A DNA stretch of 64,000 bases from an uncultured Actinomycetes bacterium. Its GTDB lineage: Bacteria; Chloroflexota; Dormibacteria; Aeolococcales; Aeolococcaceae. The notes beneath the pieces are model-generated. The model made no database searches. It saw only the letters and a list, made by a program, of their open reading frames with translations, and had not been told where the DNA came from. The stretch lies in contig CAZDTK010000009.1 of NCBI GenBank assembly GCA_964508345.1, positions 14,489-78,488 of the forward strand, in the 5' to 3' direction. The position numbers and the translations under genes were made by a program. Positions within the stretch are counted from its first letter, which is position 1, and every line of letters starts with the position of its first letter. Below, one piece after another: positions 45,510-55,180 of the stretch.

Positions 45510-46426
45510 CTTCGCCGCTCCTCCTCCGTGGCGGTGCCCCCGCGCTCACGCACCGGGTCGCGCTCCTCCGGCTTGAGGGGGAGCCCGAAGTGAACCTTGT
45601 CGCGGAGCTGGCGCAGGAACGAGGGGGACTCGGCGCTGCGCACCACGGTCAGCTCGGGACCGGGGCCGATGCGAACCCTGCCACCGGAGACGAGCTGGGC
45701 CTGGTGCCGGCCGTCGGCGGCGACGAAGACGTGACCGTGCCGGACCGTCACCTCGATCACGGTGGCCTCGGGGAGGACGATCGGCCGGGTGATGACCGCG
45801 TGGGGGGCGAGCGGCACCACGCTGATGGCACGGACACGCGGGTCGATGGGTGGCCCGCCGGCGCTCAGCGCGTAGCCCGTGGAGCCGGTCGCCGTGGCCA
45901 CGACGACGCCGTCGGCGTCGAACTCGCCGAGGAGCTCCTGGTCGGCCTCGACCCGCAGCCGGACAAGCTCGACCTCCGGGGAGCGGATCGCAACATCGTT
46001 GAGCGCGACCAGCTCGAGACTCGCAGCGCCGTCCGCGCCCTCGGCACCGTCCCGATGGATCCCCTCGATGGTGGCGCTCAGCATGCCGCGCCGCTGGGTC
46101 GCGGTGCGGCCCTCGGCGAATGCCCGGATGGCGCCGGGAAGGGCCTCCATCTCCATGTCGGTGAGGAAGCCCAGCCGGCCGCGGTTGACCCCGAGCACCG
46201 GGATGTCGCGGGGCGCGGCCAGACGCGCTCCGAAGAGGAAGGTGCCGTCACCGCCGACGGTGACCAGCAGCACCGTCCCCGGCGCCTGCTCGGCGACGTC
46301 CTCGACGGGGCGCACGCTGGTGGTCCAGGTCCGGTATCCGCACTGGGTCGCGATCTCCACCGCGGCGGATACGGCGGCAGGGCTCTCGCCCGGATGGAGC
46401 AGGAACCCGATGGCGCCGCGGCTCAT
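45506..46426 (-). CDS. nadK: NAD+ kinase
   Basis: 'LLVTVGGDGTFL' (the GGDG motif), 'NDVAI', '...ATGSTGYALSAGGP'. The start at 'MSRGAIGFLLHP' overlaps the tlyA-2 stop. Confidence 0.9.
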   Translation of the reverse strand: MSRGAIGFLLHPGESPAAVSAAVEIATQCGYRTWTTSVRPVEDVAEQAPGTVLLVTVGGDGTFLFGARLAAPRDIPVLGVNRGRLGFLTDMEMEALPGAIRAFAEGRTATQRRGMLSATIEGIHRDGAEGADGAASLELVALNDVAIRSPEVELVRLRVEADQELLGEFDADGVVVATATGSTGYALSAGGPPIDPRVRAISVVPLAPHAVITRPIVLPEATVIEVTVRHGHVFVAADGRHQAQLVSGGRVRIGPGPELTVVRSAESPSFLRQLRDKVHFGLPLKPEERDPVRERGGTATEEERRR

Positions 46427-47193
46427 GCCGCCGCCCCGGCCGGTGCGGATGCGCAGGGCATCCGGAGGTGGACGAGAAGCTCCTGGTTGCCACGCGTCCC
46501 GCGGATCGGCGCAGGGATCGGGCCTCCCAGCGGCTCGGCTCTGAGCTGGGCGGCGCACCACTCCAGGAACCCGACCGCCGCCTGGTGCGCGGCCGCCTGG
46601 TCACGCACCACACCGCCCCGCGGCACCGCATCCCTCCCCAGCTCGAACTGGGGCTTGAAGAGCGCGACCACATCCGCCCCGGGGGCGAGCCGGGCCACCG
46701 CCGGGAGGACCAGCCGCAGCGAGATGAACGAGACGTCGAGGGTGACCAGCGTCGGCGCCTCACCCGGCAGCTCCTCGAGGTGCCGGAGGTTGGTCCGGTC
46801 CAGGACGATGACGCGCGAGTCCCCGGCGAGCCGCGGCAGGAGCTGACCGTGGCCGACATCGACGGCGTAGACGCGGGCCGCCCCGCGGGAGAGGAGCACG
46901 TCGGTGAAGCCCCCCGTGGACGCTCCCGCGTCGAGGCAGACGCGGTCGCGACACTCCACGGCGAAGGCGTCGAGCGCCGCCTCCAGCTTCTCGCCGGCTC
47001 GACTCGCCCACTGGCTCCCCTCCCCCACGGTGCGCAGCTGGGTGGCCTCGCCCACGCGCTGGGCGGCGCTCCGCGCCTGCTGCCCGTCCACCTCGACCAT
47101 CCCCGCCGCGACCAGCGCCTGGGCGCGCTCACGGGTGGTGGCGATGCCCCTCTCCACCAGCGCGACGTCGAGGCGCTGCAGCGTCACCGCCAT
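46423..47193 (-). CDS. tlyA: TlyA-family rRNA (cytidine-2'-O)-methyltransferase, paralog 2
   Basis: S4 domain 'LDVALVERGIATTRERAQALVAAGMVEVDG' and FtsJ MTase 'LDAGASTGGFTDVLLSRGAARVYAVDVGHGQL'. In the conserved tlyA-nadK-recN arrangement. Confidence 0.85.
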   Translation of the reverse strand: MAVTLQRLDVALVERGIATTRERAQALVAAGMVEVDGQQARSAAQRVGEATQLRTVGEGSQWASRAGEKLEAALDAFAVECRDRVCLDAGASTGGFTDVLLSRGAARVYAVDVGHGQLLPRLAGDSRVIVLDRTNLRHLEELPGEAPTLVTLDVSFISLRLVLPAVARLAPGADVVALFKPQFELGRDAVPRGGVVRDQAAAHQAAVGFLEWCAAQLRAEPLGGPIPAPIRGTRGNQELLVHLRMPCASAPAGAAA

Positions 47194-47573
47194 TAGAACG
47201 GGATCTCGTCGGGGTCAATCTCCAGCTGCTGCTCGCGGCGCGGGGCGGGGCCGGCCGGTGCCCCGGGCGCGACCACGCCCAGCTCGGGGACCTCGCGCTC
47301 GGAGGCGAGCGGCTTCTCGGCAATCCTGCCCCCCGCCCCCACCACCAGCTGGCTGATCTTCTGCTCGGTCCGGTCGAGGAGGTCGCCGCAGTGCTGGGCG
47401 AGGCGCGCCCCCCGCTCGTAGGCGGCGATCGCCTCGTCGAGGGCCACCGTTCCCCGTTCCAGGCGCTCGATGATCTGGTCGAGCTCGGCGAGCGCCCGCT
47501 CGTAGCTCAGCCCGTCGATGTCAGCGTCTGCCACCGTCGCTCCCCCGGAGGTCCCGCCACCGTCGCCTTTCAT
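47193..47573 (-). CDS. xseB: exodeoxyribonuclease VII small subunit
   Basis: 'LSYERALAELDQIIERLERGTVALDEAIAAYERGARLAQHCGDLLDRTEQKI' is the XseB helical hairpin; a Gly-rich N-extension. Confidence 0.8.
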   Translation of the reverse strand: MKGDGGGTSGGATVADADIDGLSYERALAELDQIIERLERGTVALDEAIAAYERGARLAQHCGDLLDRTEQKISQLVVGAGGRIAEKPLASEREVPELGVVAPGAPAGPAPRREQQLEIDPDEIPF

Positions 47574-48967
47574 CCTCTCTCCGCAGTGCCGTGTCCGGTA
47601 TCGTACATCCGTTCGTCGCTCGCCGGGGACGCCTCGGGGTCCGCGGTGCTGCTCACCACCCCCCCGGCCAGCCGGGTCCGCAGCCGCTGCCCGGGCCGCA
47701 CCGAGCCGGGGTCGGTGAGCACCGCTCCGCTCACGCCGTCCATGGTGATGGAATAGCCGCGCTCCAGCACGCGCAGCGGGGAGAGCGCCTGGAGCCGGTC
47801 GCGGCGGGCCCGGACCTCCTGGCTGCGCTGGGCCAGCGCGCCGCCGATGACCCGGACGAGGCGCTGGCGCTGCCCGCCCAGCCGCTGACGCTCCAGTGCC
47901 AGCCGCTGGCCCGGCGAGGCGACCTGGAGCCGGGCGGTGGCGGCGTCCAGCCCGCGCCGCTTGGCGGTGAGCGAGGCGAGCAGGCCCGCCCGCAGCCGCT
48001 CGGCGCGGAGGTCCAGCTCCTGGCGGTGGCTGGGGAGACGTCGCAGTGGCGAGGCGTTGCCCAGGCGCAGGCGCTGACGCTCCATGGCGGCGCGCTTGAC
48101 CGAGAGCTCCTGGCGGGCCGCGGCGGCCAGGCGGGCGCGCCGGGCCCCCAGCTCGGCGGCGAGCCGGCGCGAGTCGGGCGCCACCAGCTCGGCGGCGGCC
48201 GACGGGGTGGCGGCGCGGCGGTCCGCGGCCAGGTCGGCGATCGTGGTGTCGGTCTCGTGGCCCACCCCGCAGACGACCGGCAGCCGGCCGGCGCGGATCG
48301 CCCGGGCCAGGCGCTCGTCGTTGAAGGGCATGAGGTCCTCCAGCGATCCCCCGCCGCGGACCAGCAGCACCACCTCGGCGCCCCTCACCTCCTGGGCGCG
48401 CTCCAGGGCCAGCACCAGGGTCTCGACAGCCCCGTCCCCCTGCACCGTCGCCGGGGAGAGCACCAGGTCGATGCAGGGGGCGCGGCGGCCGATGATGGTG
48501 AGCACGTCGGAGAGCGCGGCCCCGCTGCGCGAGGTCACCACCACCACCCGCCGGGGCAGGAGCGGCAGCGGCCGCTTGCGGGCATCATCGAAGAGCCCCT
48601 CGGCGGCGAGGGCCCGGCGCCGCTGCTCCACCGCCAGGGCCAGCGCGCCCACTCCCGACGGCTCCATCCGGTCCGCGTAGAGCTGGTAGCGGCCCTGGGC
48701 GTCGTAGACCTCGATCCGCCCGTGCACGATCACCGTCATCCCGTTCCCAGGACGGAAGGGGATCTCCGCACGCTGCGACCGCCAGATCACGCAGCTCACC
48801 GACGCCCCCCTGTCCTTGAGGGTGAAGTAGACGTGACCGGAGGCGGGCAGGGAGAGGTTGCTGATCTCCCCCTCCACCAGCACGTCCTCCAGCTCCGGGC
48901 TCTGGGCGATCATGCCGCGGATGATCGCGGTGAGCTGGGCGACGGTGAGCGCCCGGCGGAGGGTCAT
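47570..48967 (-). CDS. xseA: exodeoxyribonuclease VII large subunit
   Basis: OB-fold 'VLVEGEISNLSLPASGHVYFTLKD' and the catalytic domain 'VVVVTSRSGAALSDVLTII...GGGSLEDLMPFNDE'. Confidence 0.9.
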   Translation of the reverse strand: MTLRRALTVAQLTAIIRGMIAQSPELEDVLVEGEISNLSLPASGHVYFTLKDRGASVSCVIWRSQRAEIPFRPGNGMTVIVHGRIEVYDAQGRYQLYADRMEPSGVGALALAVEQRRRALAAEGLFDDARKRPLPLLPRRVVVVTSRSGAALSDVLTIIGRRAPCIDLVLSPATVQGDGAVETLVLALERAQEVRGAEVVLLVRGGGSLEDLMPFNDERLARAIRAGRLPVVCGVGHETDTTIADLAADRRAATPSAAAELVAPDSRRLAAELGARRARLAAAARQELSVKRAAMERQRLRLGNASPLRRLPSHRQELDLRAERLRAGLLASLTAKRRGLDAATARLQVASPGQRLALERQRLGGQRQRLVRVIGGALAQRSQEVRARRDRLQALSPLRVLERGYSITMDGVSGAVLTDPGSVRPGQRLRTRLAGGVVSSTADPEASPASDERMYDTGHGTAERG

Positions 48968-49089
48968 CGCTCACCCCCCAACGCGGGTCGGACGGGATCG
49001 GCCGGGGGGTGCGGGGCTCGGCTCATGAGCGAACATATGATCGCTCAAGCGAGGGCCCGCCGGCGCGCCCCGCCCCCATCTCCACGGCG

Positions 49090-49506
49090 TCAGACCCGCT
49101 CGCGGGCGATCCGGCCGAGAACCCCGTTGACCAGGGGGACGGCGTCCTCGCCGGCGTAGACGCGGGCCAGCTCCAGGGACTCGTCGATGCTCACCGCCAC
49201 CGGCGTGGACGGCTCGAAGAGCACCTCGAAGGTCCCCAGCCGCAGCACCGCCCGCTCCACCTTGCCGAAGTCCACCAGGTCCCAGTTGACACTCGCCTCG
49301 CCGATGGCGGCGTCGATGCGGCCGACGTGCTCGAGGGTGCCCTCGACCAGGGCCCGGGCGTACTCGAGGGCGTCGGCCGGCGCCCCCATCTCCGCCGCCT
49401 GGTATTCCAGCGTCGGGCGCGGTTCCTTCTCGGTCCCCTCCAGCTCGAAGAGGACGCGCAGGGCCAGCTCCCGGCCCCGGCGCCGCCGCCCTGCCGGGCG
49501 GCTCAT
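49090..49506 (-). CDS. nusB: transcription antitermination factor NusB
   Basis: 'RRRRGRELALRVLFELE...VDFGKVERAVLRLGTFEVLF...PLVNGVLGRIARE' is canonical NusB; the start overlaps the asp23 stop. Confidence 0.9.
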   Translation of the reverse strand: MSRPAGRRRRGRELALRVLFELEGTEKEPRPTLEYQAAEMGAPADALEYARALVEGTLEHVGRIDAAIGEASVNWDLVDFGKVERAVLRLGTFEVLFEPSTPVAVSIDESLELARVYAGEDAVPLVNGVLGRIARERV

Positions 49507-49895
49507 GGCGCGAAGACCACCTCGCTGACGTGGACGTTGATGGTCCCCACCTGGAGACCGAGCATCCTCTCCACGGCGTCGGCGACCCGGTGCTGGACCT
49601 CGGACCCGACCTTGGGGACGGAGTGACCGGAGACCACGACCACCCAGAGGTCGACGTCCAGGGTGCTGTCGTCGCGCAGCTCGACCCGGGCGCCGCGATG
49701 AGCGTGCGAACGGCGCAGGATCCGCTCCAGGGACTGGCCCACCGCCTGGTACATGGCGTGGACGCCGGGCACCTGGAGCGCGGTGAGCACCGCGATCCAC
49801 GCCACCACCTCGTTGGTCACCCGGGTCACTCCCAGGGGCCGGCGACCGTCGGGGCGGCCGCCGTCCGTCGCGGGCCCGGCGGAGGCTTCCATCAC
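49503..49895 (-). CDS. Asp23/Gls24-family envelope stress protein
   Basis: 'VTNEVVAWIAVLTALQVPGVHAM...VDLWVVVVSGHSVPKVGSEVQHRVADAVERMLGLQVGTINVHVSEVVF' is the alkaline-shock-protein-23 family pattern. Confidence 0.75.
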   Translation of the reverse strand: MMEASAGPATDGGRPDGRRPLGVTRVTNEVVAWIAVLTALQVPGVHAMYQAVGQSLERILRRSHAHRGARVELRDDSTLDVDLWVVVVSGHSVPKVGSEVQHRVADAVERMLGLQVGTINVHVSEVVFAP

Positions 49896-50449
49896 GCCCG
49901 CTCCTGGTAGCGGCCGTTGCGGGTGTCGATGCGGATCCGGTCCCCGGTGCTGACGAAGAGCGGGACGTCCACGACCGCGCCGGTCTCCAGCGTCGCCGGC
50001 TTGGTGCCGGCGTTGGCCGTGTCGCCCCGGAAGCCGGGCTCGGTCTCGGTCACCTCCAGCTCCACGGAGATGGGGAGCTCGACGCCCAGGATGCGGTCGT
50101 CGTAGGTGAGCAGGGTGACGGTGTCGTTCTCCTTGAGCCAGCGCACGCCGTCGCCGATCTGCTCGGCCGTGAGCGGCGTCTGGTCGTAGGTCTGGGTGTT
50201 CATGACCACGAAGTCGCCGCCGTCGCGGTAGAGGTACTGTGCCTCGGTGCGCTCGATCCGGGCCCGGCCGAACTTCTCCTCGGGCCGGAACGTCTCCTCG
50301 GTGACGGCTCCGGTGTCGATGTTCTTCAGCTTGGTGCGGACCACCGCGGTGCCCCGGCCGAGCTTGATGTGGGCGAACTCCAGCACCTGGAGCAGCTGCC
50401 CGCCCCGCTCCACCGTGGCCCCCGGGCGAAGGTCTCCTGCGCTGATCAT
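49892..50449 (-). CDS. efp: elongation factor P
   Basis: 'MISAGDLRPGATVERGGQLLQVLEFAHIKLGRGTAVVRTKLKNIDTG' with Lys at the modification-loop position; 185 aa. Confidence 0.95.
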   Translation of the reverse strand: MISAGDLRPGATVERGGQLLQVLEFAHIKLGRGTAVVRTKLKNIDTGAVTEETFRPEEKFGRARIERTEAQYLYRDGGDFVVMNTQTYDQTPLTAEQIGDGVRWLKENDTVTLLTYDDRILGVELPISVELEVTETEPGFRGDTANAGTKPATLETGAVVDVPLFVSTGDRIRIDTRNGRYQERA

Positions 50450-50901
50450 GGGGTTGATTCTCCCCTCTCGTGGACCATCCGCGCCGCCGCCTCGAGGGCG
50501 AGGGCGTAACCGGACGCCCCCAGCCCCAGGATGAGCGCGTCCGCCGCCTCGGCGGTGAGCATGACCCGGCGGTAGGCCTCGCGCTGCAGGGTGTTGGTCA
50601 GGTGCACCTCGACGACGACGCCCGGGAAGGCCCGGAGGGCGTCGAGGAGGGCCACGCTGGTGTGGCTGAAGCCCCCGGGGTTGATGACCACCGCATCGGC
50701 GTGACCGGTCTCGGCCTCGATCAGGCCGATCAGCTCGCCCTCGCCGTTGCGCTGCTCGGCGCGGATCTCCACGCCCAGCGCGGCGGCGCGCTCGCGCAGC
50801 TCGCTCTCGACGTCGGCCAGGCTCCGGCCGCCGTACAGCTCGGGCTCGCGCCGGCCCAGGCTCGCCAGGTTGGGACCGTTGAGGACGAGGACTCGGGTCA
50901 T
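50446..50901 (-). CDS. aroQ: 3-dehydroquinate dehydratase, type II
   Basis: 'VLVLNGPNLASLGRREPELYGG...ELIGLIEAETGHADAVVINPGGFSHTSVAL' is the DHQase II signature. Confidence 0.9.
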   Translation of the reverse strand: MTRVLVLNGPNLASLGRREPELYGGRSLADVESELRERAAALGVEIRAEQRNGEGELIGLIEAETGHADAVVINPGGFSHTSVALLDALRAFPGVVVEVHLTNTLQREAYRRVMLTAEAADALILGLGASGYALALEAAARMVHERGESTP

Positions 50902-52490
50902 CGGTGTGACACCACCTCCAGAAGGGTCTCGCGAACCAGCGCGGCGGGGACCTGCTGATCGATGACCGGCTCGCCGCGGCCGGCGAGCAGGACCCAGCGC
51001 GCCTCGCCCCCCACCGCCTTCTTGTCGAGACCGAGGTGGCGCAGCAGCGCCAGGGGCTCGACGGCCGGCAGCGAGGGCATGTCGAGCCGGTCGAGGAGGC
51101 GCTCCTGCCATTCGAGGTCGGCGGGCGGCAGCCCGGCCAGCTCGGTGGAGAGGCGCCCGGCAACGCGCATCCCCGCCGCCACCGCCTCGCCGTGAAGGAC
51201 GGTCCCGTAGCCGGTCGCCGCCTCGATGGCGTGGGCGACGGTGTGCCCGTAGTTGAGGATCGCGCGCAGGCCGGACTCCCGGGGATCGCGCCCCACCACC
51301 TGGGCCTTGACGGCCGCGCAGCGCTCGATGATCGCGGTCAGGGTGGGGACATCGCCGTGGCGGGCGCGCTCCAGGCCGCCGTCGAGGAGGGCGGGGAGGT
51401 CGGTGTCGGCGATCATGGCGTACTTGGCGATCTCGCCGAACCCGGAGGCGACCTCGCGGGGTGGGAGGGTGGCGAGCACGCCGGGGTCGACGAGCACCGC
51501 GCGCGGCTGCCAGAAGGCGCCGGCGAGGTTCTTGGCGGCGCTGAGGTTGACCCCGGTCTTGCCCCCTATGGAGCTGTCCACCATGGCGAGCAGCGTGGTG
51601 GGCACCACCACCCAGGCGATGCCCCGGCAGTAGGTGGCGGCGGCGAAGCCGGCGAGATCGCCCACCGAACCTCCCCCCACCGCCACCAGCGCATCGCGCC
51701 GCCCCAGCCCGAGCGACGCCAGGCGGTCGAGGACGCGGCCGGCCTCTCCCCAGCTCTTGACGGCCTCGCCGCCCTCCAGGGAGACCACCGTCGCCTCGCG
51801 GCCGGAGGCCGAGACGAGCCCGGCGAGGCGGTCCGCGAAGGGCTCCACCCGCCGGTCGGCGACGACCGCGACCCGGCGGCAGTCGGCGGGCAGATGGGCC
51901 CCCGTCCGGTCGGGGGCTCCCGCGCCGACGATCACCGGGTAGGCGGAGGCGCCGGCGAGCACCGGGACCGCGCCGGCCAGAGCGCGGATGGCGGCCTCCG
52001 CCGCATCCGGGGAGCTGGCACTCGTGTCGATGCGGAGGTGGGCCTCCGCGTGGGCGCGCTCCCGGCGCCGGCGCAGCTCGGCGAGACGGCCGCTCACGTC
52101 GCCGCGCAGGAGCGGCCGGTCGGAGGCGGTGCCCAGCCGCTCCAGGAGGGTCGGGTCGGGGGCGTCGAGGGCGACCACCCAGGCCCCCTCGAGAAGCCTC
52201 CGTCTCGCCGCGGGCTCGTTGAAGAGCCCGCCGCCGCAGGCGATCACCGCCGGCCGGGGATCCTCGAGCAGCTCGATCACGGTGGAGAGCTCCAGGCGCC
52301 GGAAGGCCTCCTCGCCGTCCATGTCGAGGATCTGGGCCGGGCTGCGCCCGGTCCGCCGCTCGACCTCGGCGTCCGTGTCGCGCAGCTCCCAGCCCAGGCT
52401 CGCGGCCAGCCGCCGGCCGAGCGTGGTCTTGCCGCTGCCCGGCAGTCCCACCAGGGCGACCGGCCGCGGCCGGGAGGCGGGCGGCGTCAC
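50898..52490 (-). CDS. bifunctional shikimate kinase / 3-dehydroquinate synthase (aroK-aroB fusion)
   Basis: One uninterrupted frame. The N-terminal ~175 aa are shikimate kinase ('VALVGLPGSGKTTLGRRLA...', 'VIACGGG'). These are followed directly by DHQ synthase ('DRRVEPFADRL...LVAVGGGSVGDLAGFAAATYCRGIAWVVVPTTLLAMVDSSIGGKTGVN...NYGHTVAHAIE'). The GTG start overlaps the aroC TGA. Confidence 0.85.
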   Translation of the reverse strand: MTPPASRPRPVALVGLPGSGKTTLGRRLAASLGWELRDTDAEVERRTGRSPAQILDMDGEEAFRRLELSTVIELLEDPRPAVIACGGGLFNEPAARRRLLEGAWVVALDAPDPTLLERLGTASDRPLLRGDVSGRLAELRRRRERAHAEAHLRIDTSASSPDAAEAAIRALAGAVPVLAGASAYPVIVGAGAPDRTGAHLPADCRRVAVVADRRVEPFADRLAGLVSASGREATVVSLEGGEAVKSWGEAGRVLDRLASLGLGRRDALVAVGGGSVGDLAGFAAATYCRGIAWVVVPTTLLAMVDSSIGGKTGVNLSAAKNLAGAFWQPRAVLVDPGVLATLPPREVASGFGEIAKYAMIADTDLPALLDGGLERARHGDVPTLTAIIERCAAVKAQVVGRDPRESGLRAILNYGHTVAHAIEAATGYGTVLHGEAVAAGMRVAGRLSTELAGLPPADLEWQERLLDRLDMPSLPAVEPLALLRHLGLDKKAVGGEARWVLLAGRGEPVIDQQVPAALVRETLLEVVSHR

Positions 52491-53641
52491 CTCAGCGTCC
52501 GTATGGCGCGGCGGTAACCGGCCAGATTGCGGCGCATCTCGGTGATCGAGTCGCCGCCCAGCTTCTCGGCCATGGCGGCGGCGACGACCCAGGCGAGCAT
52601 CGCCTCGGCGACCACGGCGCCCGCCGGGACCACGCAGACGTCGCTCCGCTCGTAGTGGGCGTTGACCTCCTCCCCGGTGCGCGCGTCGACCGAGCGCAGC
52701 GGGGCGAGCAGGGTGGAGATCGGCTTGAAGTGGACGCTGGCCCAGACCGGTTCCCCGTCCGTGACCCCGCCGGTCAGGCCGCCCTGGCGGTTGCTCAGGT
52801 GCCGGAATCCCTCGCCCTCGACGTAGCGCGGGGAGTCGTGGACCTGGGAGCCGGGGGAGCGGGCGGCGAGCAGGGCCGCACCGATCTCCACCCCCTTGAC
52901 CGAGGGGATGCTGCAGAGGGCCTGGGCGATCAGGCCGTCCAGCTTGCGATCCCACTGCGCGTAGCTGCCCAGACCGGCGACCACTCCGGTCGCGACCACG
53001 ACGGCGGTCCCGCCCAGGGTGTCGCCGCGCTCCCGGGCGGCGTCGATGGCGGCGACCATCCGCGCCGAGGCGTCGGGGTCCGGGCAGCGCACCGGCGATG
53101 CCTCCACCGCCGCCTGGTCGACGCTCCCGGTGCCTTCGATGGCGACCTCGCCGATCCGCTGCACCCAAGAGCTGACCCGCACCCCGAGGCGGCCCAGCAG
53201 GGCGATCGCGACCGCCCCGGCCGCAACGCGCGCCGCCGTCTCGCGGGCGCTGGCCCGCTCCAGCACGTCGCGGGCGTCCTCGAGGTCGTACTTGAGCATG
53301 CCGGCGAGGTCGGCGTGCCCGGGCCGGACCCGGCTCACCAGCTTGCGCTTGAAGCCGCGGGCGGTCACCTGCATCGGGCCCCGCCAGTTCTCCCAGTCGC
53401 GGTTGACCACGACCAGGGCCACCGGCGACCCGAGCGTGAGCCCGCCCCGCACCCCGCCGACGATCTCGGCATGATCCTGCTCGATCTGCTGGCGCTTGCC
53501 CCGGCCGTACCCCCCCTGGCGGCGGACCAGGTGCGGGTCGATGTCGCGCCGGGCGTCCAGGCTCAGGCCGGCGGGCAGCCCCTCGACGATCACGGTCAGC
53601 TGCGGTCCGTGGGACTCCCCGGCGGTCAGGAAGCGCAGCAA
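52487..53641 (-). CDS. aroC: chorismate synthase (TTG start)
   Basis: 'LRFLTAGESHGPQLTVIVEGLPAGL...GGRSSARETA...' is canonical AroC. The ORF has no ATG/GTG near the N-terminus; TTG (53641) precedes 'LRFLTAGESHG'. Confidence 0.9.
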   Translation of the reverse strand: MLRFLTAGESHGPQLTVIVEGLPAGLSLDARRDIDPHLVRRQGGYGRGKRQQIEQDHAEIVGGVRGGLTLGSPVALVVVNRDWENWRGPMQVTARGFKRKLVSRVRPGHADLAGMLKYDLEDARDVLERASARETAARVAAGAVAIALLGRLGVRVSSWVQRIGEVAIEGTGSVDQAAVEASPVRCPDPDASARMVAAIDAARERGDTLGGTAVVVATGVVAGLGSYAQWDRKLDGLIAQALCSIPSVKGVEIGAALLAARSPGSQVHDSPRYVEGEGFRHLSNRQGGLTGGVTDGEPVWASVHFKPISTLLAPLRSVDARTGEEVNAHYERSDVCVVPAGAVVAEAMLAWVVAAAMAEKLGGDSITEMRRNLAGYRRAIRTLR

Positions 53642-53681
53642 CGGCGTGGCAGGGTCGCGGATCCGAGAGGCACGCGGTGGA

Positions 53682-55157
53682 TCATGCCACCGGATAGCCG
53701 TCGCGGACGTAGATCCAGATTCCGCCCGAGCGCAGCAGCTGAAAGTCGGAGGCGACATACGCCTGCAGCGGAGCGTAGGTGCCGGTGAGCCAGCTCTGGA
53801 CGCTGACCCCCAGCACCAGGTAGTCGGTGTGGTCCAGCGCCTGGCGGAAGAGCTCGACACCGGTCCCCGGGTCGTCGCTGTAGGCGAGCATGGTGCCGAA
53901 GGGATCGAGCATCTCCGTGCAGCCCGGGACGCTCGACACCAGCCGGTCGCTGGGAACCAGCACCCGAGGCCCGTTGGAGAGGGTGCAGGCGCCGCTCGGC
54001 ACCACGGCGTCCACCGCCGGCGCGGGGTCCGGCGTCGACGATCCCTGCACGGTCGCGGCCCGGGCGCCGAGGAGCACCAGCAGGATGACGCCCGCAACGG
54101 CGAGCGCCGCCGCCGGTCGCCGCACGAGGGCGGCCAGGCGGTCCACCGCGACCGCCAGGACGATGGCCAGGAAGGGGGCCAGCTGGGCCGCGTACTGCGG
54201 GTAGTACTGGGAGGGGACGAACTGCACGATGGCGACCAGCAGCAGGGTGGCCGCGGCGAACCACTCCAGGGCGCTCCGCCGCCGCCCGGGTACGGCCATC
54301 CCGGCCACGATGACGGCGAGCAGCACGCAGGCGACGGCGAGCGCGGTGGCGTCGGTGGAGGTTCCCGTCATCCCCTGCAGACGCTCCCCGAGCGGTGCCC
54401 GGCCCCCGCTGGGCAGCCGTCCCAGCTGGCTGATCAGCACGTCGCGGACGAACGATCCCGGCGCGGCCGCGAAGAAGGCTGCGCAGGGGACGGCGAACCC
54501 CGCGACCCCGCCGGCGAGCAGCGGCAGCAGGCGGCGGCGCGGGTCGGGTAGGCACATCGCGGCGAGCACCAGCGCGGGGACCAGCGCGGGGAGCTTGACG
54601 GCCACCGCGAAGCCGATCGCCAGCCCGCCGAGCAGCCAGCGCCGCGGCGAGCGCGCTCCCTCTCCCGCCTCGAAGACGGAGGCGGCGGCGAGCAGACAGA
54701 AGAGGTTGACCAGCGGCTCGAGCAGCCCGGCGTTGAGCGCGTACAGCTCGGCCGGGTAGGCCGCCATCACCCCGCCGGCGACCAGGGCCGGGAGCGGACC
54801 GCGGTGGCGCACCAGCCTGGCCGCCAGGACGGCGCTGCCGGCCGCGAGCAGAACGGTCGCCAGGCGAACCGCCTCCAGCGCCCAGCGGGTCCCGGTGAGA
54901 TAGGACAGCAGCCCGGCGGGGCTCAACAGGAGCGCGATCCCCGGAGGCTGAACGATGACGAAGTCCCGGTAGGGCAGGACGCCGTGGACGAGCCGGACGG
55001 CCGCCCCGAAGAGGACGCCGATGTCCGGCGTGCCCCCCAGGAGGTAGCCGGGGCGAGTCAGCTGGAGAGCGTCCAGGCCTGCCGCCGCCAGGGCGCAGAG
55101 GGCGATGACCGTGCTGGTCGCGCGGGTGGTCGCCGCCCCGCGAACCGCGTCCGTCAT
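53682..55157 (-). CDS. polytopic membrane protein, ArnT/PMT/GT87-like (DUF2029-type) putative glycosyltransferase
   Basis: 491 aa with ~10-12 TM helices and loop motifs typical of C-type membrane glycosyltransferases ('LPYRDFVIVQPPG', long hydrophobic stretches, soluble C-terminal domain). Confidence 0.55.
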   Translation of the reverse strand: MTDAVRGAATTRATSTVIALCALAAAGLDALQLTRPGYLLGGTPDIGVLFGAAVRLVHGVLPYRDFVIVQPPGIALLLSPAGLLSYLTGTRWALEAVRLATVLLAAGSAVLAARLVRHRGPLPALVAGGVMAAYPAELYALNAGLLEPLVNLFCLLAAASVFEAGEGARSPRRWLLGGLAIGFAVAVKLPALVPALVLAAMCLPDPRRRLLPLLAGGVAGFAVPCAAFFAAAPGSFVRDVLISQLGRLPSGGRAPLGERLQGMTGTSTDATALAVACVLLAVIVAGMAVPGRRRSALEWFAAATLLLVAIVQFVPSQYYPQYAAQLAPFLAIVLAVAVDRLAALVRRPAAALAVAGVILLVLLGARAATVQGSSTPDPAPAVDAVVPSGACTLSNGPRVLVPSDRLVSSVPGCTEMLDPFGTMLAYSDDPGTGVELFRQALDHTDYLVLGVSVQSWLTGTYAPLQAYVASDFQLLRSGGIWIYVRDGYPVA

Positions 55158-55180
55158 GGCGCTTCCTCCCGGATGCTAGG

